A DNA stretch of 64,000 bases from an uncultured bacterium (GTDB lineage Bacteria; Acidobacteriota; Thermoanaerobaculia; Multivoradales; JAHZIX01): contig CBDUPA010000001.1 in NCBI GenBank assembly GCA_965368975.1, positions 828,118 through 892,117 of the forward strand, read 5' to 3'. The position numbers were made by a program, and so were the translations under genes. Numbering within the stretch: the stretch's first letter is position 1; each line of letters begins with the position of its first letter. The notes under the pieces were generated by a model that worked only from the letters and a program-made list of their open reading frames with translations, made no database searches and had not been told where the DNA came from. Shown in pieces: positions 19,284 through 29,474 of this stretch.

Positions 19284-20681
19284 CTAGGCGGCGGGGGGAA
19301 TGTCTTCGGCCTGGATCGTCATCAGCAGCTGATCGGTGATCGGCGCGACACCGGCGATACGGTTGGCCTGTCGCTCGACGGTGCGTTCGAACAGGCTGCG
19401 GATGAGGCGCGCGTTGCCGTCGACGAAATCGCGGTTGTCGTGCAGGATCTGGAAGACGAGGTACAACTTGTGGCGCGCTTCGGGAGTGAGGCGGAAGCCG
19501 CTGTTGCTGGCAAAGTTGTCGAAGCCCTGGAGCAGTTCTTCGGGACGCAGGTCGTGGAAGTGGAAGCGGCGGCGGAAGCGGCTGCGCAGGTCACCGTCTT
19601 CTTCGACCAAGTGACGCAGCTGGTCGGGCTCGCCAGCCAGGACGACGACCAACCTGCCCTTGTGCTGGGTCAGCTGTTGCAGGATGGCGCTGCACAGGGT
19701 GCGGCCGTGGTCGTGGTAGGCGGGAGAGAGTCGATGGGCCTGGTTGACCAGCAGCATGCCGTGCATGGCGCTATCGACGGCCTGTTGCAGACGGCGACAG
19801 CCGTTGTCGGTGCTGCCGGCAATCAACAGGGCCGCGTCGACTTCGACCAGGTGACCGCTCTCCAGGATGCCGAGCTGGCGGTAGAGCTTGCCCAACAGTT
19901 TGCCGACCCGGCTCTTGCCGGTGCCGGAGAGGCCGAAGAAGAGTGCATGCAAAGGGGCCTCGTCTTCGCTCAGCCCCCGTTCGCTGCGTTCACGGTCGAG
20001 GCGCAGCCGGTTGTACAAGCTGCGCACCTGGTCTTTGACGTCGGGCAAGCCGACCAGGGAGCCGAGTTCTTCCAGCAAGTCTTCCGGCGTCTCGCCGTCG
20101 ATGCCAGGCAGGTTGGGCAGGCCCTGGGGCGGCAGGGTCGAGGGGCTGTGGATCAGGCTCCAGACTTGGCGCAGGGCCGCGACTTCCTCTGGCGTCACGG
20201 TGCCGTCCGCCTTCACCAGGTAGGAGGCAAAGCGGTACATGGCACAGGCCAGCCGGTCGAAGGAAGCAGTGCCGCGCTCGTCATCGTAACGCTGCACCAG
20301 TGCCGGCAGCGTAAGTGTGTCGAGTTCTTCCTTGCGCGCGGCGGAGAAGAAGCGCAGGGCGGCCTCAGTGTCCGTTGTCTGCTCGCGTGTTGGCTTGCGT
20401 TCCCCCTTGGTCCCAGAGGACGGGGGCAGAGCGTCTGCACTGGCGGCCTCGGTGACGGCTTCGTGACCGCGGTGCAAGATGCGCGAGAAGACGACGGCCG
20501 CGAACAGTGACTCCTTGGAGTCGAAGCGGCCGTCGGCGTAGCCGCAGATCAAGCCGATCTTGGCCAGATCGACGATCAGCCGGATACGAAATTCGTCGAG
20601 GGTGGAGTCGGGTAGCTCGCTCCAGAAGGGCACCGCGTCGCAGATCGCCTGGGCCTGACGCTCGAAGGTTTCAAAGTCCAT
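19284..20681 (-). CDS. TerB-like N-terminal domain + CbbX/SpoVK-type AAA+ domain (degenerate Walker B)
   Basis: LVKADGTVTPEE (TerB-like); LVGL..VK..V, GLSGTGKS, GHLVEV, LRSRF, GNARLIR; Walker B reads LLVNQAH. Confidence 0.8.
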   Translation of the reverse strand: MDFETFERQAQAICDAVPFWSELPDSTLDEFRIRLIVDLAKIGLICGYADGRFDSKESLFAAVVFSRILHRGHEAVTEAASADALPPSSGTKGERKPTREQTTDTEAALRFFSAARKEELDTLTLPALVQRYDDERGTASFDRLACAMYRFASYLVKADGTVTPEEVAALRQVWSLIHSPSTLPPQGLPNLPGIDGETPEDLLEELGSLVGLPDVKDQVRSLYNRLRLDRERSERGLSEDEAPLHALFFGLSGTGKSRVGKLLGKLYRQLGILESGHLVEVDAALLIAGSTDNGCRRLQQAVDSAMHGMLLVNQAHRLSPAYHDHGRTLCSAILQQLTQHKGRLVVVLAGEPDQLRHLVEEDGDLRSRFRRRFHFHDLRPEELLQGFDNFASNSGFRLTPEARHKLYLVFQILHDNRDFVDGNARLIRSLFERTVERQANRIAGVAPITDQLLMTIQAEDIPPAA

Positions 20682-20741
20682 AATGGGTCGAATTTTACCA
20701 CGCGGACGTGCGGCTCGACGGGGCCGGGGCGACGTGTCGTT

Positions 20742-23528
20742 TCACCTTCTGAACAGCAAGTCGCCGGGGCGGATGATGCGGTTGGGTGACTCGAGGAAGT
20801 CTTCAGCTTCGTTGGCGGGCATGGGGCGAGCGAAGTAGAAGCCCTGGGACAGGTCGCAGCCCATGGCGTGGATCTGCGTTAGCTGCATGGCTTCTTCGAT
20901 GCCTTCCGCGACCACCTGGATCTTGAGGCTGTGCGCCAGTGTCACGACCGCGCGGATGATCGCCTGGTACTCGACGCGCTCATTGAGGTTGCGGATGAAG
21001 GCGCGGTCGATCTTGAGTTCGTCGATTGGAAAGCGGTGCAGCGAACTGAGCGACGACAGGCCGGTGCCGAAGTCGTCCATGCTCAGGCGCACGCCGAGCT
21101 CCTTGAGCTTGCGCAGCACTGGAATCATGTCCAGGCGATCGTCGACCACCACGGTTTCGGTGATCTCGAGCTTCAGGCTATCGGCGGGGAGACGCGACTC
21201 CTGCAAGACGTCACGCACCTGGCCGATGAAGTCGGGGTGCGCCAGCTGCCGGCGCGAGACATTGACGTTGATGCTCAGCGGAGCCTGTCCGTTGAAGCGC
21301 TGCTGCCAGTCCTGTAGCTGGCGGCAGGCTTCACCCAAGACCCAGTGTCCTACTGGGTTGATCAGCCCAGTCTCTTCGGCGATCGGGATGAAGCGGTCCG
21401 GTACGACGGTGCCGCGCTCCGGGTGGCGCCAGCGGAGCAGGGCTTCGAAGCCGATCGGGCCGGCGACCTGCAGTGAGATGATCGGCTGGTAGACCAGGAA
21501 GAGTTCCTGCCGATCGACGGCGCCGCGCAGGTCTTTCTCCAGGTCGAGGCGCAGCACGGCTTCCTCGTGCATCTGGTGGTCGAACACGGCGTGGCGGGCG
21601 CGGCCAGCGGCCTTGGCGCGGTACATGGCGGTATCGGCGTCGCGCAGCACGTCCTGCGGCCGGTAGTAGCCCTGGTCGGAGGTGACGACGCCGATGCTGA
21701 CGGTGAGGGCGACTTCCAGCTCGCCGACCTTGTAAGCCTCGCGCAGGGCGTGCTGCAGCCGCTCGACGGTGCTGGCCAGCTCGCTGTCGTCGACGTCGTC
21801 GAGCAGCACGACGAATTCGTCGCCTCCCAGGCGGGCGGCCAGGTCGCGCTTGCGCAGGTGATGCTGCAGGCGCTCGGCGATCTGGATCAGCAGGCGGTCA
21901 CCGATGTCGTGGCCCATGCTGTCGTTGATCACTTTGAAGCGATCGAAGTCGAGGAACAGCACGGCGAAGCGGTAGCTGGCATCGTTGTGCGCTTGTTCCA
22001 GGGCTTCGTCCAGGCGCTCCTGGAAGCGGCGGCGGTTGGGCATGCCGGTCAGCGAGTCTTGCTGGGCTGCGCGCTGAAGGGCTTCCTCGATCTCCTTGCG
22101 GTCGGTGATGTCGGTCAGGGAGCCGAGCACGCGTGTCGGCTTGCCACTGGCGTCGCGCACCGCGGTGCCGCGGCACAGGTACCAGCGGTAGGTGCCGTCG
22201 CGGTGCTGCAGCCGGTGCTCGTTGCGTAGCTGCGGTGTCTTGCCGCTCAAGTGAGCATCGAGGTCGAGCTGCAGGGAACCCAGGTCGGCGGAGGCGATGA
22301 GGCGGAACCAGTCTTCGGGACCCTCGCCAAGGTCTTCTTCGTTGTAGCCGAGCATGGTGGTGAAGGTGGGCGAATAGTAGACGTGGTCGTGCTGCAGGTC
22401 CCAGTCCCAGAAGCCGTCATTGGTGCCATCGGCAAGCAGGGAGAAGCGCTGTTCCCGCGCGCGCAACTCACGTTCGTTTTCGACCCGCTCGCTGTTGTCC
22501 AGGATCGTGCCGACCAGACGGCGGGCCTTTCCATGCTCATCGCGTACGATCAACGCTCGGTCGTGGACGTAAGCATAGTCGCCCTGGCGCCGCCGCAGCC
22601 GGTATTCTGCGGTCCACGTGTCGCAGTCGCTGCTGAGGGCCTCCTGCATCGATAGCAGCATGTGCTCGCGGTCGTCCGGGTGCAGGGCCTGCAGCCAGGT
22701 CTCGGTCTCGCCAGCAATGCCATCGGCTCCGGCCTTGGCATCTTCGACCTCGTAGAGGTGGGCGAAGTTCCGGTCACGCCAGGTGAGGTCGGTGGTCAGG
22801 TCCCAGTCGTAGACGCTGTCGCCGGTCGCCTGCTGCAGCAGGCGGAAGCGCTCTGCCAACTGTCGATCCAGGAGTTGCTGAGCCTCGGGGTCGTCGGCGG
22901 AGCTGGCTGCAGCGGCGGCACGGCTGCGTTGCGCTTGCTCGAGGGCCGCGATTTCTTCACGCAGCGGTCCGCCGACGGCGTGGTCGGCGGCTTCCAGTTC
23001 GAGCCCGAGCCACCGGGCTAGGCTGCGTACCAGGTCGAGCTCCCAGGCGGTGAAGGGAATCAGGCGCGGGTCTGGGCTGGCGAAGCAGAGGGTGCCGACG
23101 GGGCGGCCGTTGAAGCACAGGGGAGCGCCAATGTAGGCTTCGAAACGAAGCTCGCCATAGGCTGGGTGGTTGCCCCACTCGGAGCCAGAGGCGCGTCCGA
23201 AGCTGACCATGCGTCGCTGGCGCACGACCTCGTTGCAGAAGGTGCACGGCAGTAGCAGGGTTTCCCCTTCTTGCACCGGGACCGTGGCGTCCTCTTCCAG
23301 GCACATCTGGAAGAGCTCGTACTGCTGCCCTTGGATGTACGACACGATGCCGATAGGCAAACCGAGCTTGCCCGTCACCAGAGTCAGGGCGCGCCGAAAG
23401 GCATCGACGCAGGCGGGAAACAACGCCCGCACTTCTGGGAGCTTTTCGGGTCCGGAAGGAGGGTCGCTGGACACGGTTGCTTTTCTGCCTAGGTCGAACG
23501 CTGCCAGGTCGAGCGTCGGCCCCGGCAC
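20742..23528 (-). CDS. GAF-PAS-PAS-GGDEF-EAL diguanylate cyclase/phosphodiesterase
   Basis: GAF (YIGAPL..GTLCF), two PAS/PAC domains (WDWD..HPDDR), RxxD I-site (RKRD) + GGDEF, EALLRW, DDFGTG, LKID, AEGIE. Start codon approximate. Confidence 0.93.
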   Translation of the reverse strand: MPGPTLDLAAFDLGRKATVSSDPPSGPEKLPEVRALFPACVDAFRRALTLVTGKLGLPIGIVSYIQGQQYELFQMCLEEDATVPVQEGETLLLPCTFCNEVVRQRRMVSFGRASGSEWGNHPAYGELRFEAYIGAPLCFNGRPVGTLCFASPDPRLIPFTAWELDLVRSLARWLGLELEAADHAVGGPLREEIAALEQAQRSRAAAAASSADDPEAQQLLDRQLAERFRLLQQATGDSVYDWDLTTDLTWRDRNFAHLYEVEDAKAGADGIAGETETWLQALHPDDREHMLLSMQEALSSDCDTWTAEYRLRRRQGDYAYVHDRALIVRDEHGKARRLVGTILDNSERVENERELRAREQRFSLLADGTNDGFWDWDLQHDHVYYSPTFTTMLGYNEEDLGEGPEDWFRLIASADLGSLQLDLDAHLSGKTPQLRNEHRLQHRDGTYRWYLCRGTAVRDASGKPTRVLGSLTDITDRKEIEEALQRAAQQDSLTGMPNRRRFQERLDEALEQAHNDASYRFAVLFLDFDRFKVINDSMGHDIGDRLLIQIAERLQHHLRKRDLAARLGGDEFVVLLDDVDDSELASTVERLQHALREAYKVGELEVALTVSIGVVTSDQGYYRPQDVLRDADTAMYRAKAAGRARHAVFDHQMHEEAVLRLDLEKDLRGAVDRQELFLVYQPIISLQVAGPIGFEALLRWRHPERGTVVPDRFIPIAEETGLINPVGHWVLGEACRQLQDWQQRFNGQAPLSINVNVSRRQLAHPDFIGQVRDVLQESRLPADSLKLEITETVVVDDRLDMIPVLRKLKELGVRLSMDDFGTGLSSLSSLHRFPIDELKIDRAFIRNLNERVEYQAIIRAVVTLAHSLKIQVVAEGIEEAMQLTQIHAMGCDLSQGFYFARPMPANEAEDFLESPNRIIRPGDLLFRR

Positions 23529-23717
23529 TGGGAGGTTATTTCGCCAATTGACCTGCTAAGCGTACCATACAGCCCGCACTTGTCTGCATAGCGAGTGGCG
23601 CGGTGCGCTCACTGGTGGGCACCGGTTGTGTGCAGGGTGGTTCGGTGGTCACGAAAAAGCGCCGGAAACCTCGAGGTCATCCGGCGCCTGGTGGCGGGCT
23701 TGGTCGGCGCCTTCGGC

Positions 23718-26219
23718 TCAGCCGGCGCGACCGAATCGCTGCAGCACTTGCAGCGCCAACTCGTTGCCCGGTTGTAGGTCGATGACCTGACGGCATAGTG
23801 CGACTGCTTCGCGCACCTGGTTGCGCTGCAAGTAAAGGCGGGCCAGGTTGAGCCGCGGGTTGATGGCGCGACCGTCACTGTCGACGGCACGCTGCAACAG
23901 GCGGATGGCTTCGTCGGTCTGGCCTTGTTGCAGGCGGTTGACTGCCAGGTTGCCGAGGGCACGGCTATTGCGCGCGTCGAGGTCGAGCACCCGCTGCAGG
24001 TAGTGGTTGGAAGTCTCGAGATCGCCGCGTGCGCCGTACAGTGTCGCCAGGTTGTTGAGCGCCGGCAGGAAGGTCGGGTCGACTTCGAGGGCCTGTTGCA
24101 GCGCCGCGACGGCGAGCGCGAAGCGATTCTGCTCACGGTAGAGGTTGGATAGCGCCAGGTGGATGTCGGGCACGTCCGGGCGCTCGTTCCGCAGCCCCTG
24201 CAGGTAGGATTCGGCCTGCTGCGGCTGACCCGCCTTGGTGAACAGGTTGGCGTGGCGCAGGCGCTCACCGGTGGAGATGCCTTGCACGCCTTCGAGGCGG
24301 TAGCGGGCCAGCGTCGTCCGGGCATCCTCGGTGCGTTCGGCTTCTAGCTGCAGGTGCACCAAGTCGGACAAGCTGTTGACGCATTTCTCGGCCTGCGGTG
24401 CGGCGTCGCTACTGCTTTCCTGGCAGGTGTCGAGCAGGCGATTGTAGAGACGCGCGGCGCCGTCGACGTCGCCGTCCTGGCGCAGACGGTACGCTTGCAG
24501 GTAGTCGTGGCGCCAGGCCTCGCTGGGCCAGTAGCGGCCGAGCTCGCTGAGCAGCTGCAGGGCTCGATCCCAGTCGCCCAACTCGCGGTTGACGGCCGAG
24601 GCGAAGCGCAGGACGGCCGTGTTGTGCGGGTCTTCCTCCAGGATGCGGTCGAGAATGCGGCGGGCGCTACGCAGGTTGCCCTTGGCCTGAGCTGCCCAGG
24701 CGCGGGCCAGGTCTTCTTCCAGGTGAATGCGGTCCTTGGGATCTGGTAAAGCCTGCAACTCGTCTTCGGTGTCGGCGGGCATCGGATGCGTGCCACCGCC
24801 CAGGTAACCGAGGCTGGCCAGGGCGTCGCGCTCTTCGGTGCTACTGGATGTCTGAGTGCCGGTGGCTGCCGTGCGGGCACTCTGCTCGATCAGACGCAGC
24901 AGCGTGTCGCGTAGGTGCGCGGCGCGCTCGGGCTCGCGCTCGACCAGGTTCTGGCGCTCGTTCGGGTCGGCATCCAGATTGTAGAGTTCGGGCTTGGGTG
25001 CGAGGACGTACTTCCAGCCGTCGAGTTCGAGGCTGCGTAGGTAGCCCCAGCCGAAGTCATAGTAGGGCAGGAAGGTCTCGGAGTAGGCGGCTCGACGACT
25101 GGCGCGCTGGTGTTGCCACAACGGCCGCAGGTCGTCCCCCTGGACAGCGGCTGGGACCGGCAGACCGAGGACGCCGAGGGCGGTCGGCATCAGGTCGATG
25201 CCGCGGACACGCTGTTCGAAGCTGCGACCGCCGGCGGTGCCGGGCACGCGCACCAGCGTCGCGACGCGGGTGGTGGCGTCGTAGATGAAGTGACCGTGGG
25301 TGATCTCGCCGTGCTCCCCGAGGCTCTCGCCGTGATCGGCCGTCAGCACGACAGCGGTGTCCCCCCACTGGCCGCGTGCCTTCAAGTAGTCGACGACGCG
25401 GCCGATCTGCTCATCGACGAAGGCGACCTCGGCTGCGTAGGGATCGCGCGGATAGCGCTGGGTGAAGCGCTCGGGAGCCGCGTAGTCGGCGTGCGGGTCG
25501 AAGTAATGCAGCCACAGGAACCAGGGTTGCTGCGGCGTGAACTGCTGCAGCTGGTGCAGAGCCCGGTCGCTCACCTGGTCGGCGGTGATCTCCGGATAGA
25601 AGGCTTCCAGCCCCTCGCTGTCTCCATACAGGCTGCCGGGCAGGACGTCGAGGTAGTTGTCGAAACCCTGGTGTAGACCGTAGCGTGAGCTGACCACGTA
25701 AGCGCCTGTGACGGCGGTGGTCTGGTAGCCGCGACCCTGCAGAACTTCGGCCAGGGTCTCGTGTTCGTCGGTGAGCACGAAGGTGCCATTGTGGTGCACT
25801 CCGTGGTGGGTGGGACGGACGCCGGTGAACAGCGAAGCGTGGGACACCAGGGTGACCGGCGCTGCGGCGCGCGTGTTGCTGAACAGCAGGCCTTCGCGCG
25901 CCAGGGCGTCGAGGTTGGGTGTTGCGACCTTGTCGGTGCCCGCGGCGCCGAGGTAGTCCCAGCGCCAGGTGTCGATGGTGATGAACAGCAAGTTGAGCGG
26001 GTCGTCGGGGGGCTTCGGCGTCTTGGGCAGGCTGGCGGCGAAGGCCGGCGCGGTGGCCAGGCTCAGGATGGCGACAGTGGCCAGGGTCAGTGCGGTGCGG
26101 GCGAGCGACGTCCAGCGCGGCCTCGCACGGGCGGAGCCGGCCAGGGCGGGCGATGCAAGGGAGGAAGAATCAGGGCGTTGAGGAGTCGAGTGCGGAAGGA
26201 GCGGCATTTGATCGATCAC
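23718..26219 (-). CDS. Sulfatase-like hydrolase/transferase with C-terminal TPRs
   Basis: ITIDT.R.D, TPNLD, TLVSHASLFTG, HYFDPH, ADHGE, ELYNL..DP.E, LASLGY, then TPRs; GGAGG before GTG 26219. Confidence 0.88.
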   Translation of the reverse strand: MIDQMPLLPHSTPQRPDSSSLASPALAGSARARPRWTSLARTALTLATVAILSLATAPAFAASLPKTPKPPDDPLNLLFITIDTWRWDYLGAAGTDKVATPNLDALAREGLLFSNTRAAAPVTLVSHASLFTGVRPTHHGVHHNGTFVLTDEHETLAEVLQGRGYQTTAVTGAYVVSSRYGLHQGFDNYLDVLPGSLYGDSEGLEAFYPEITADQVSDRALHQLQQFTPQQPWFLWLHYFDPHADYAAPERFTQRYPRDPYAAEVAFVDEQIGRVVDYLKARGQWGDTAVVLTADHGESLGEHGEITHGHFIYDATTRVATLVRVPGTAGGRSFEQRVRGIDLMPTALGVLGLPVPAAVQGDDLRPLWQHQRASRRAAYSETFLPYYDFGWGYLRSLELDGWKYVLAPKPELYNLDADPNERQNLVEREPERAAHLRDTLLRLIEQSARTAATGTQTSSSTEERDALASLGYLGGGTHPMPADTEDELQALPDPKDRIHLEEDLARAWAAQAKGNLRSARRILDRILEEDPHNTAVLRFASAVNRELGDWDRALQLLSELGRYWPSEAWRHDYLQAYRLRQDGDVDGAARLYNRLLDTCQESSSDAAPQAEKCVNSLSDLVHLQLEAERTEDARTTLARYRLEGVQGISTGERLRHANLFTKAGQPQQAESYLQGLRNERPDVPDIHLALSNLYREQNRFALAVAALQQALEVDPTFLPALNNLATLYGARGDLETSNHYLQRVLDLDARNSRALGNLAVNRLQQGQTDEAIRLLQRAVDSDGRAINPRLNLARLYLQRNQVREAVALCRQVIDLQPGNELALQVLQRFGRAG

Positions 26220-26375
26220 GGTCGTGACCTCCAGGTTCTGGATATACGAATCCCCGGCTTCCACACGCTCGGAAGCGTCCAAGTGAGTCGTTCTGGGGAT
26301 CGAGCGCGAACGGCCGGGGAGCGCGTTCGTCGGTGCCGGGCGGACAGGACATCCGTCCCGATCTCATGCTGGAAT

Positions 26376-26403
26376 ATACGCCTCCGGGGCGGCGAATGTT
26401 TCC
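26376..26403 (-). promoter_or_regulatory. ECF-type promoter upstream of the sulfatase
   Basis: Minus strand GGAAAC-N17-CGTAT. Confidence 0.45.
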
Positions 26404-26464
26404 TGCAAACCGAGGCTGTTGCAGATTTGTCGAGCTTTTGGGTGCGCTGGAGGACGGCAGGGAT

Positions 26465-26938
26465 TCAGGCAGGGCTCATGTGGTGCGGCAGAGCTCGTGC
26501 TGTGAGGATTCGCTTGAGGGCGGGCAGGACGGGGACGTCCGGATCGGCCCAATCGAGACCATCGAGTTCGGCCGCGCGGAACCAGCCGTGGCGGTGGTGC
26601 TCTTGTAGCAAGAGGTCGCCGCCGCGCGGCGCTGCCAGGAAGACGTCGAGCACAACCGAGCGGCTGCCCGGCCGGCCAGCGCTGCCGCGGCCGATCCAGG
26701 CGTCGATGGCGATGTCCAGCGCCAGCTCTTCGTAGATCTCCCGCACCAGGGCTTGGCGCGGTGATTCACCCGGTTCTACCTTGCCACCTGGGAATTCCCA
26801 CTTCAGCGGCGTGCTCATCTCGGCACTGCGCTGCACGACCAGGCAGGTGTCCTGGTGCAGGATGGCAGCGCCGACCACGTGCAGGCTTCTTGCCGGTGGC
26901 GGCGGTGGATCCGGGGCAGGGGGGAAGTGGCGGGGCAT
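26465..26938 (-). CDS. NUDIX hydrolase (MutT/NudG-like)
   Basis: WEFPGGKVEPGESPRQALVREIYEEL Nudix box; W..PD.P C-terminal motif. Confidence 0.88.
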   Translation of the reverse strand: MPRHFPPAPDPPPPPARSLHVVGAAILHQDTCLVVQRSAEMSTPLKWEFPGGKVEPGESPRQALVREIYEELALDIAIDAWIGRGSAGRPGSRSVVLDVFLAAPRGGDLLLQEHHRHGWFRAAELDGLDWADPDVPVLPALKRILTARALPHHMSPA

Positions 26939-27060
26939 CCGCGCGATTGTCCCGCGTCTGGCGCCGGAGGGCAAGGACGGTGTCGATGATCTTGGGTGGA
27001 ATGGGCCCGGCGGGGTAGGATGCGAGGAGATCAAGCGACATCCCTGGAAGGAGGCTGCAG

Positions 27061-27462
27061 ATGCAGGGAGCTGGAGGAACCGAAGGAGGTTTGGGGCGAT
27101 TCATCTTCGGCCTGGTGCTGTTCGCAACCGGTGGCTATCTGTTGCTCGATTCGATCCGCGTCCACAGCGGCTTCGGTTTCGGGCACGGTCTCTACAGCTT
27201 CGGTGGTGTCTCGCTGACCACAGGCATTCTGCTGATCCCGTTCATCCTCGGGATCGTGTTGGTCTTCTACCGGGCGAAGAATCCCGTCGGCTGGATTCTG
27301 GCGGCTGGCGCACTGGCTGCCCTGGTATTTGGCGTGCTGCGCAACCTGCGCTTCGTCATGGTGCCGATGACCGTGTTCGAGCTGATCCTGATCCTGGTGC
27401 TGTGCTTCGGGGGCCTCGGGCTGTTCCTCAGCTCGCTACGACCGTCCGAGTCGAAGTTCTGA
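27061..27462 (+). CDS. Small membrane protein (about 4 TM)
   Basis: GGAGG RBS; GAGGTEGG N-terminus; four hydrophobic segments. Confidence 0.75.
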   Translation: MQGAGGTEGGLGRFIFGLVLFATGGYLLLDSIRVHSGFGFGHGLYSFGGVSLTTGILLIPFILGIVLVFYRAKNPVGWILAAGALAALVFGVLRNLRFVMVPMTVFELILILVLCFGGLGLFLSSLRPSESKF

Positions 27463-27468
27463 ACCCAA

Positions 27469-27500
27469 GACTCCCCGGTGGACAACGCAACCGGGGAGTC
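27469..27500. terminator. Hairpin between convergent genes (probable bidirectional terminator)
   Basis: GACTCCCCGGT-N10-ACCGGGGAGTC, a perfect 11-bp stem. Confidence 0.7.
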
Positions 27501-27520
27501 GGAGTCTAGCGACCCAGGGA

Positions 27521-28912
27521 TCAGAAGAGCGCTTTGCCTGGCCTGGGCGGCTTCGGTGGCTTGGGCGGCTTGCCGGGCGGCTCGGGCGGTTTGCCGGGCG
27601 GCTTGGGTGGCTTGCCTGTCGGCTTGCCGTGCGGATGGTCCAGGCGGCCGGGCTTCTCGGGCTTGCCCTGAGGGCCACCCTGCGGATGCCGGTTGCCGCG
27701 CAACCAGTGCAGAATCGGCGCTTCCAGGTCGGCACGGTGAGATGCGGTGAACCAGTTGTCGGCGTGCCCGTACTCGGTGAAGCTACGGATCGTGATGTCC
27801 TCGCTGCCGGTGAACAGGCTGGCCAGATCGGCCATCACGGGGCCGAAGCCGTGACCGGCGGCGAGGAGGTAGACAGGGCCCTCGAAGTCTCCGAGATCGT
27901 CGACGAAGCTCTCGTCCCCGGCCAGCGCGCAGGAGATGTCCGCCAGCACTCGCAGCGGCACCTCGTCGAGCAGGATCGAGGTGAACTCGAATACCCGTCG
28001 CTCGAAGGCGTACGCGAAGCGGTCGGTCTCGAAGTCGCCGCGCAGGCGCACGAACGTCTCAGTTGGGAAGTTCGGGCCGTCGCCGGGTAGCGACAGGGCG
28101 GCGACGAAGACCTGGTGATTGGTGGTGCCCGGCGGGAAACCTTCGAGTGGAGTCTCTCCGTTCGGGTCGGTCTCAGCCGCGTCGGCGATCAACTTGACCG
28201 CCGGGAAGGTGGTGGTGTCGTAGACGCTGCCCGCGGAGAGGGTCGCCTGCAAGTCGGCGCAGTAGGCTTCGTTGCGCTCACGGACGGCATCGTCTGCGCT
28301 GTACAGGCTGCCTTCCAGCAGCAGGGCGCCACCCCAGTCACTGGGAGCGCTGTCGACGACTGCCGCGGCAGCCATGGCGCCGAGCGAATAGCCACCGATG
28401 ATCGGCAAGACCTCCTCGTCGTCTTCGTCCTCGGTGGCGTACGCGTCGCGGATCTGTTCGCGGATCTGTGCCACGTCATCGACGATGTCGGCGATGCCCC
28501 AGCCGTCGGCGTCGCCGGTGCGTGGGGAGTAGCCCCAGACGTCATAGCCGCGGTGTGCGAGGTACGCGCCGAACGAGCGGTTGAAGCCGCCGCGCTCGTC
28601 AGTGAGGAAGAAGTCGAAGCCGTTGGCGAGAGGGGGAAGTAGCAGCACGACGCCCTTGACCTTGTGTCCGTCGTCGTCCTCTTCCTCGCCGTCGTCCTCG
28701 ACTTTGAGCAAGCGGTGCATCTGAAAGCTACCGCCGCCGTTGGCGGACAGAGTGGTGGTCGCCAATTCGAGATTGGCGACTTCCAGGGTACCTTCCCCAT
28801 CGTCAGCCGCGAGGTGGCTGGCCGGGACGCAGGCGAGGAGGAGAAGTACGGCCAAGCAGTGGAGCTCTCGTGCCAGGGTGGGGAACCGTCGGAGTTGGGG
28901 TGCTGTATACAT
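27521..28912 (-). CDS. Secreted alpha/beta hydrolase with a Pro/Lys-rich C-terminal tail
   Basis: Signal peptide, GYDVWG, GYSLG nucleophile elbow, YGHAD catalytic His, GKPPKPP repeats; AGGAGG RBS. Confidence 0.8.
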   Translation of the reverse strand: MYTAPQLRRFPTLARELHCLAVLLLLACVPASHLAADDGEGTLEVANLELATTTLSANGGGSFQMHRLLKVEDDGEEEDDDGHKVKGVVLLLPPLANGFDFFLTDERGGFNRSFGAYLAHRGYDVWGYSPRTGDADGWGIADIVDDVAQIREQIRDAYATEDEDDEEVLPIIGGYSLGAMAAAAVVDSAPSDWGGALLLEGSLYSADDAVRERNEAYCADLQATLSAGSVYDTTTFPAVKLIADAAETDPNGETPLEGFPPGTTNHQVFVAALSLPGDGPNFPTETFVRLRGDFETDRFAYAFERRVFEFTSILLDEVPLRVLADISCALAGDESFVDDLGDFEGPVYLLAAGHGFGPVMADLASLFTGSEDITIRSFTEYGHADNWFTASHRADLEAPILHWLRGNRHPQGGPQGKPEKPGRLDHPHGKPTGKPPKPPGKPPEPPGKPPKPPKPPRPGKALF

Positions 28913-29105
28913 GGGAAACCTCCTGTTTCCAGGGATCGAACTCAAGGAGTCCGGATCTCGAAGTTTCCGGGAGGGGTGGAGACGATGGGGAACCGAAGCG
29001 AATCGAGATTAATTCAAGAAATAGAAAAATGTCTCTTCGGGAAAGAGTATAGGCCTCGCCGTTCGGGCTTGCAACCCTCGACGGGTTTGCAGGTAGCATG
29101 GCGGG

Positions 29106-29474
29106 ATGAAGATCTCGATCAAGCGCATCTACGAGGAGCCCGCGCCGGCCGATGGCGTCCGTGTGTTGGTCGACCGTCTGTGGCCACGGGGGGTGAGCAA
29201 GGAGCGGGCGCAGTTGGCGCGCTGGCTCAAGGAGATCGCACCCAGTACTGAGCTGCGTCGCTGGGTGCATGCCCATCTGGATGACTGGGACGAGTTCCAC
29301 CGCCGCTACCTGGCCGAGCTCGAGGCTCAGCCCGAGGTGCTGGCTGAGCTACGGGAACTCGCACGAGAGGGCGAAGTGTTGACCCTGCTGTATTCGGTCA
29401 AAGATCCGGAGCGCAACCACGCACGCATCCTGCAGCAGGTTCTGGCAGCCGATCCGGGTAGCGAACGAGCATGA
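29106..29474 (+). CDS. DUF488/YeaO-family protein
   Basis: [33 protein letters not shown]. Confidence 0.9.
   Translation: MKISIKRIYEEPAPADGVRVLVDRLWPRGVSKERAQLARWLKEIAPSTELRRWVHAHLDDWDEFHRRYLAELEAQPEVLAELRELAREGEVLTLLYSVKDPERNHARILQQVLAADPGSERA

Noticed and set aside
25820-25870. Sulfatase lacking the catalytic Cys/Ser as a pseudoenzyme
   Set aside because: The T-L-x-S-H-x-S motif is common in this TPR-sulfatase subfamily and is not a sign of decay.
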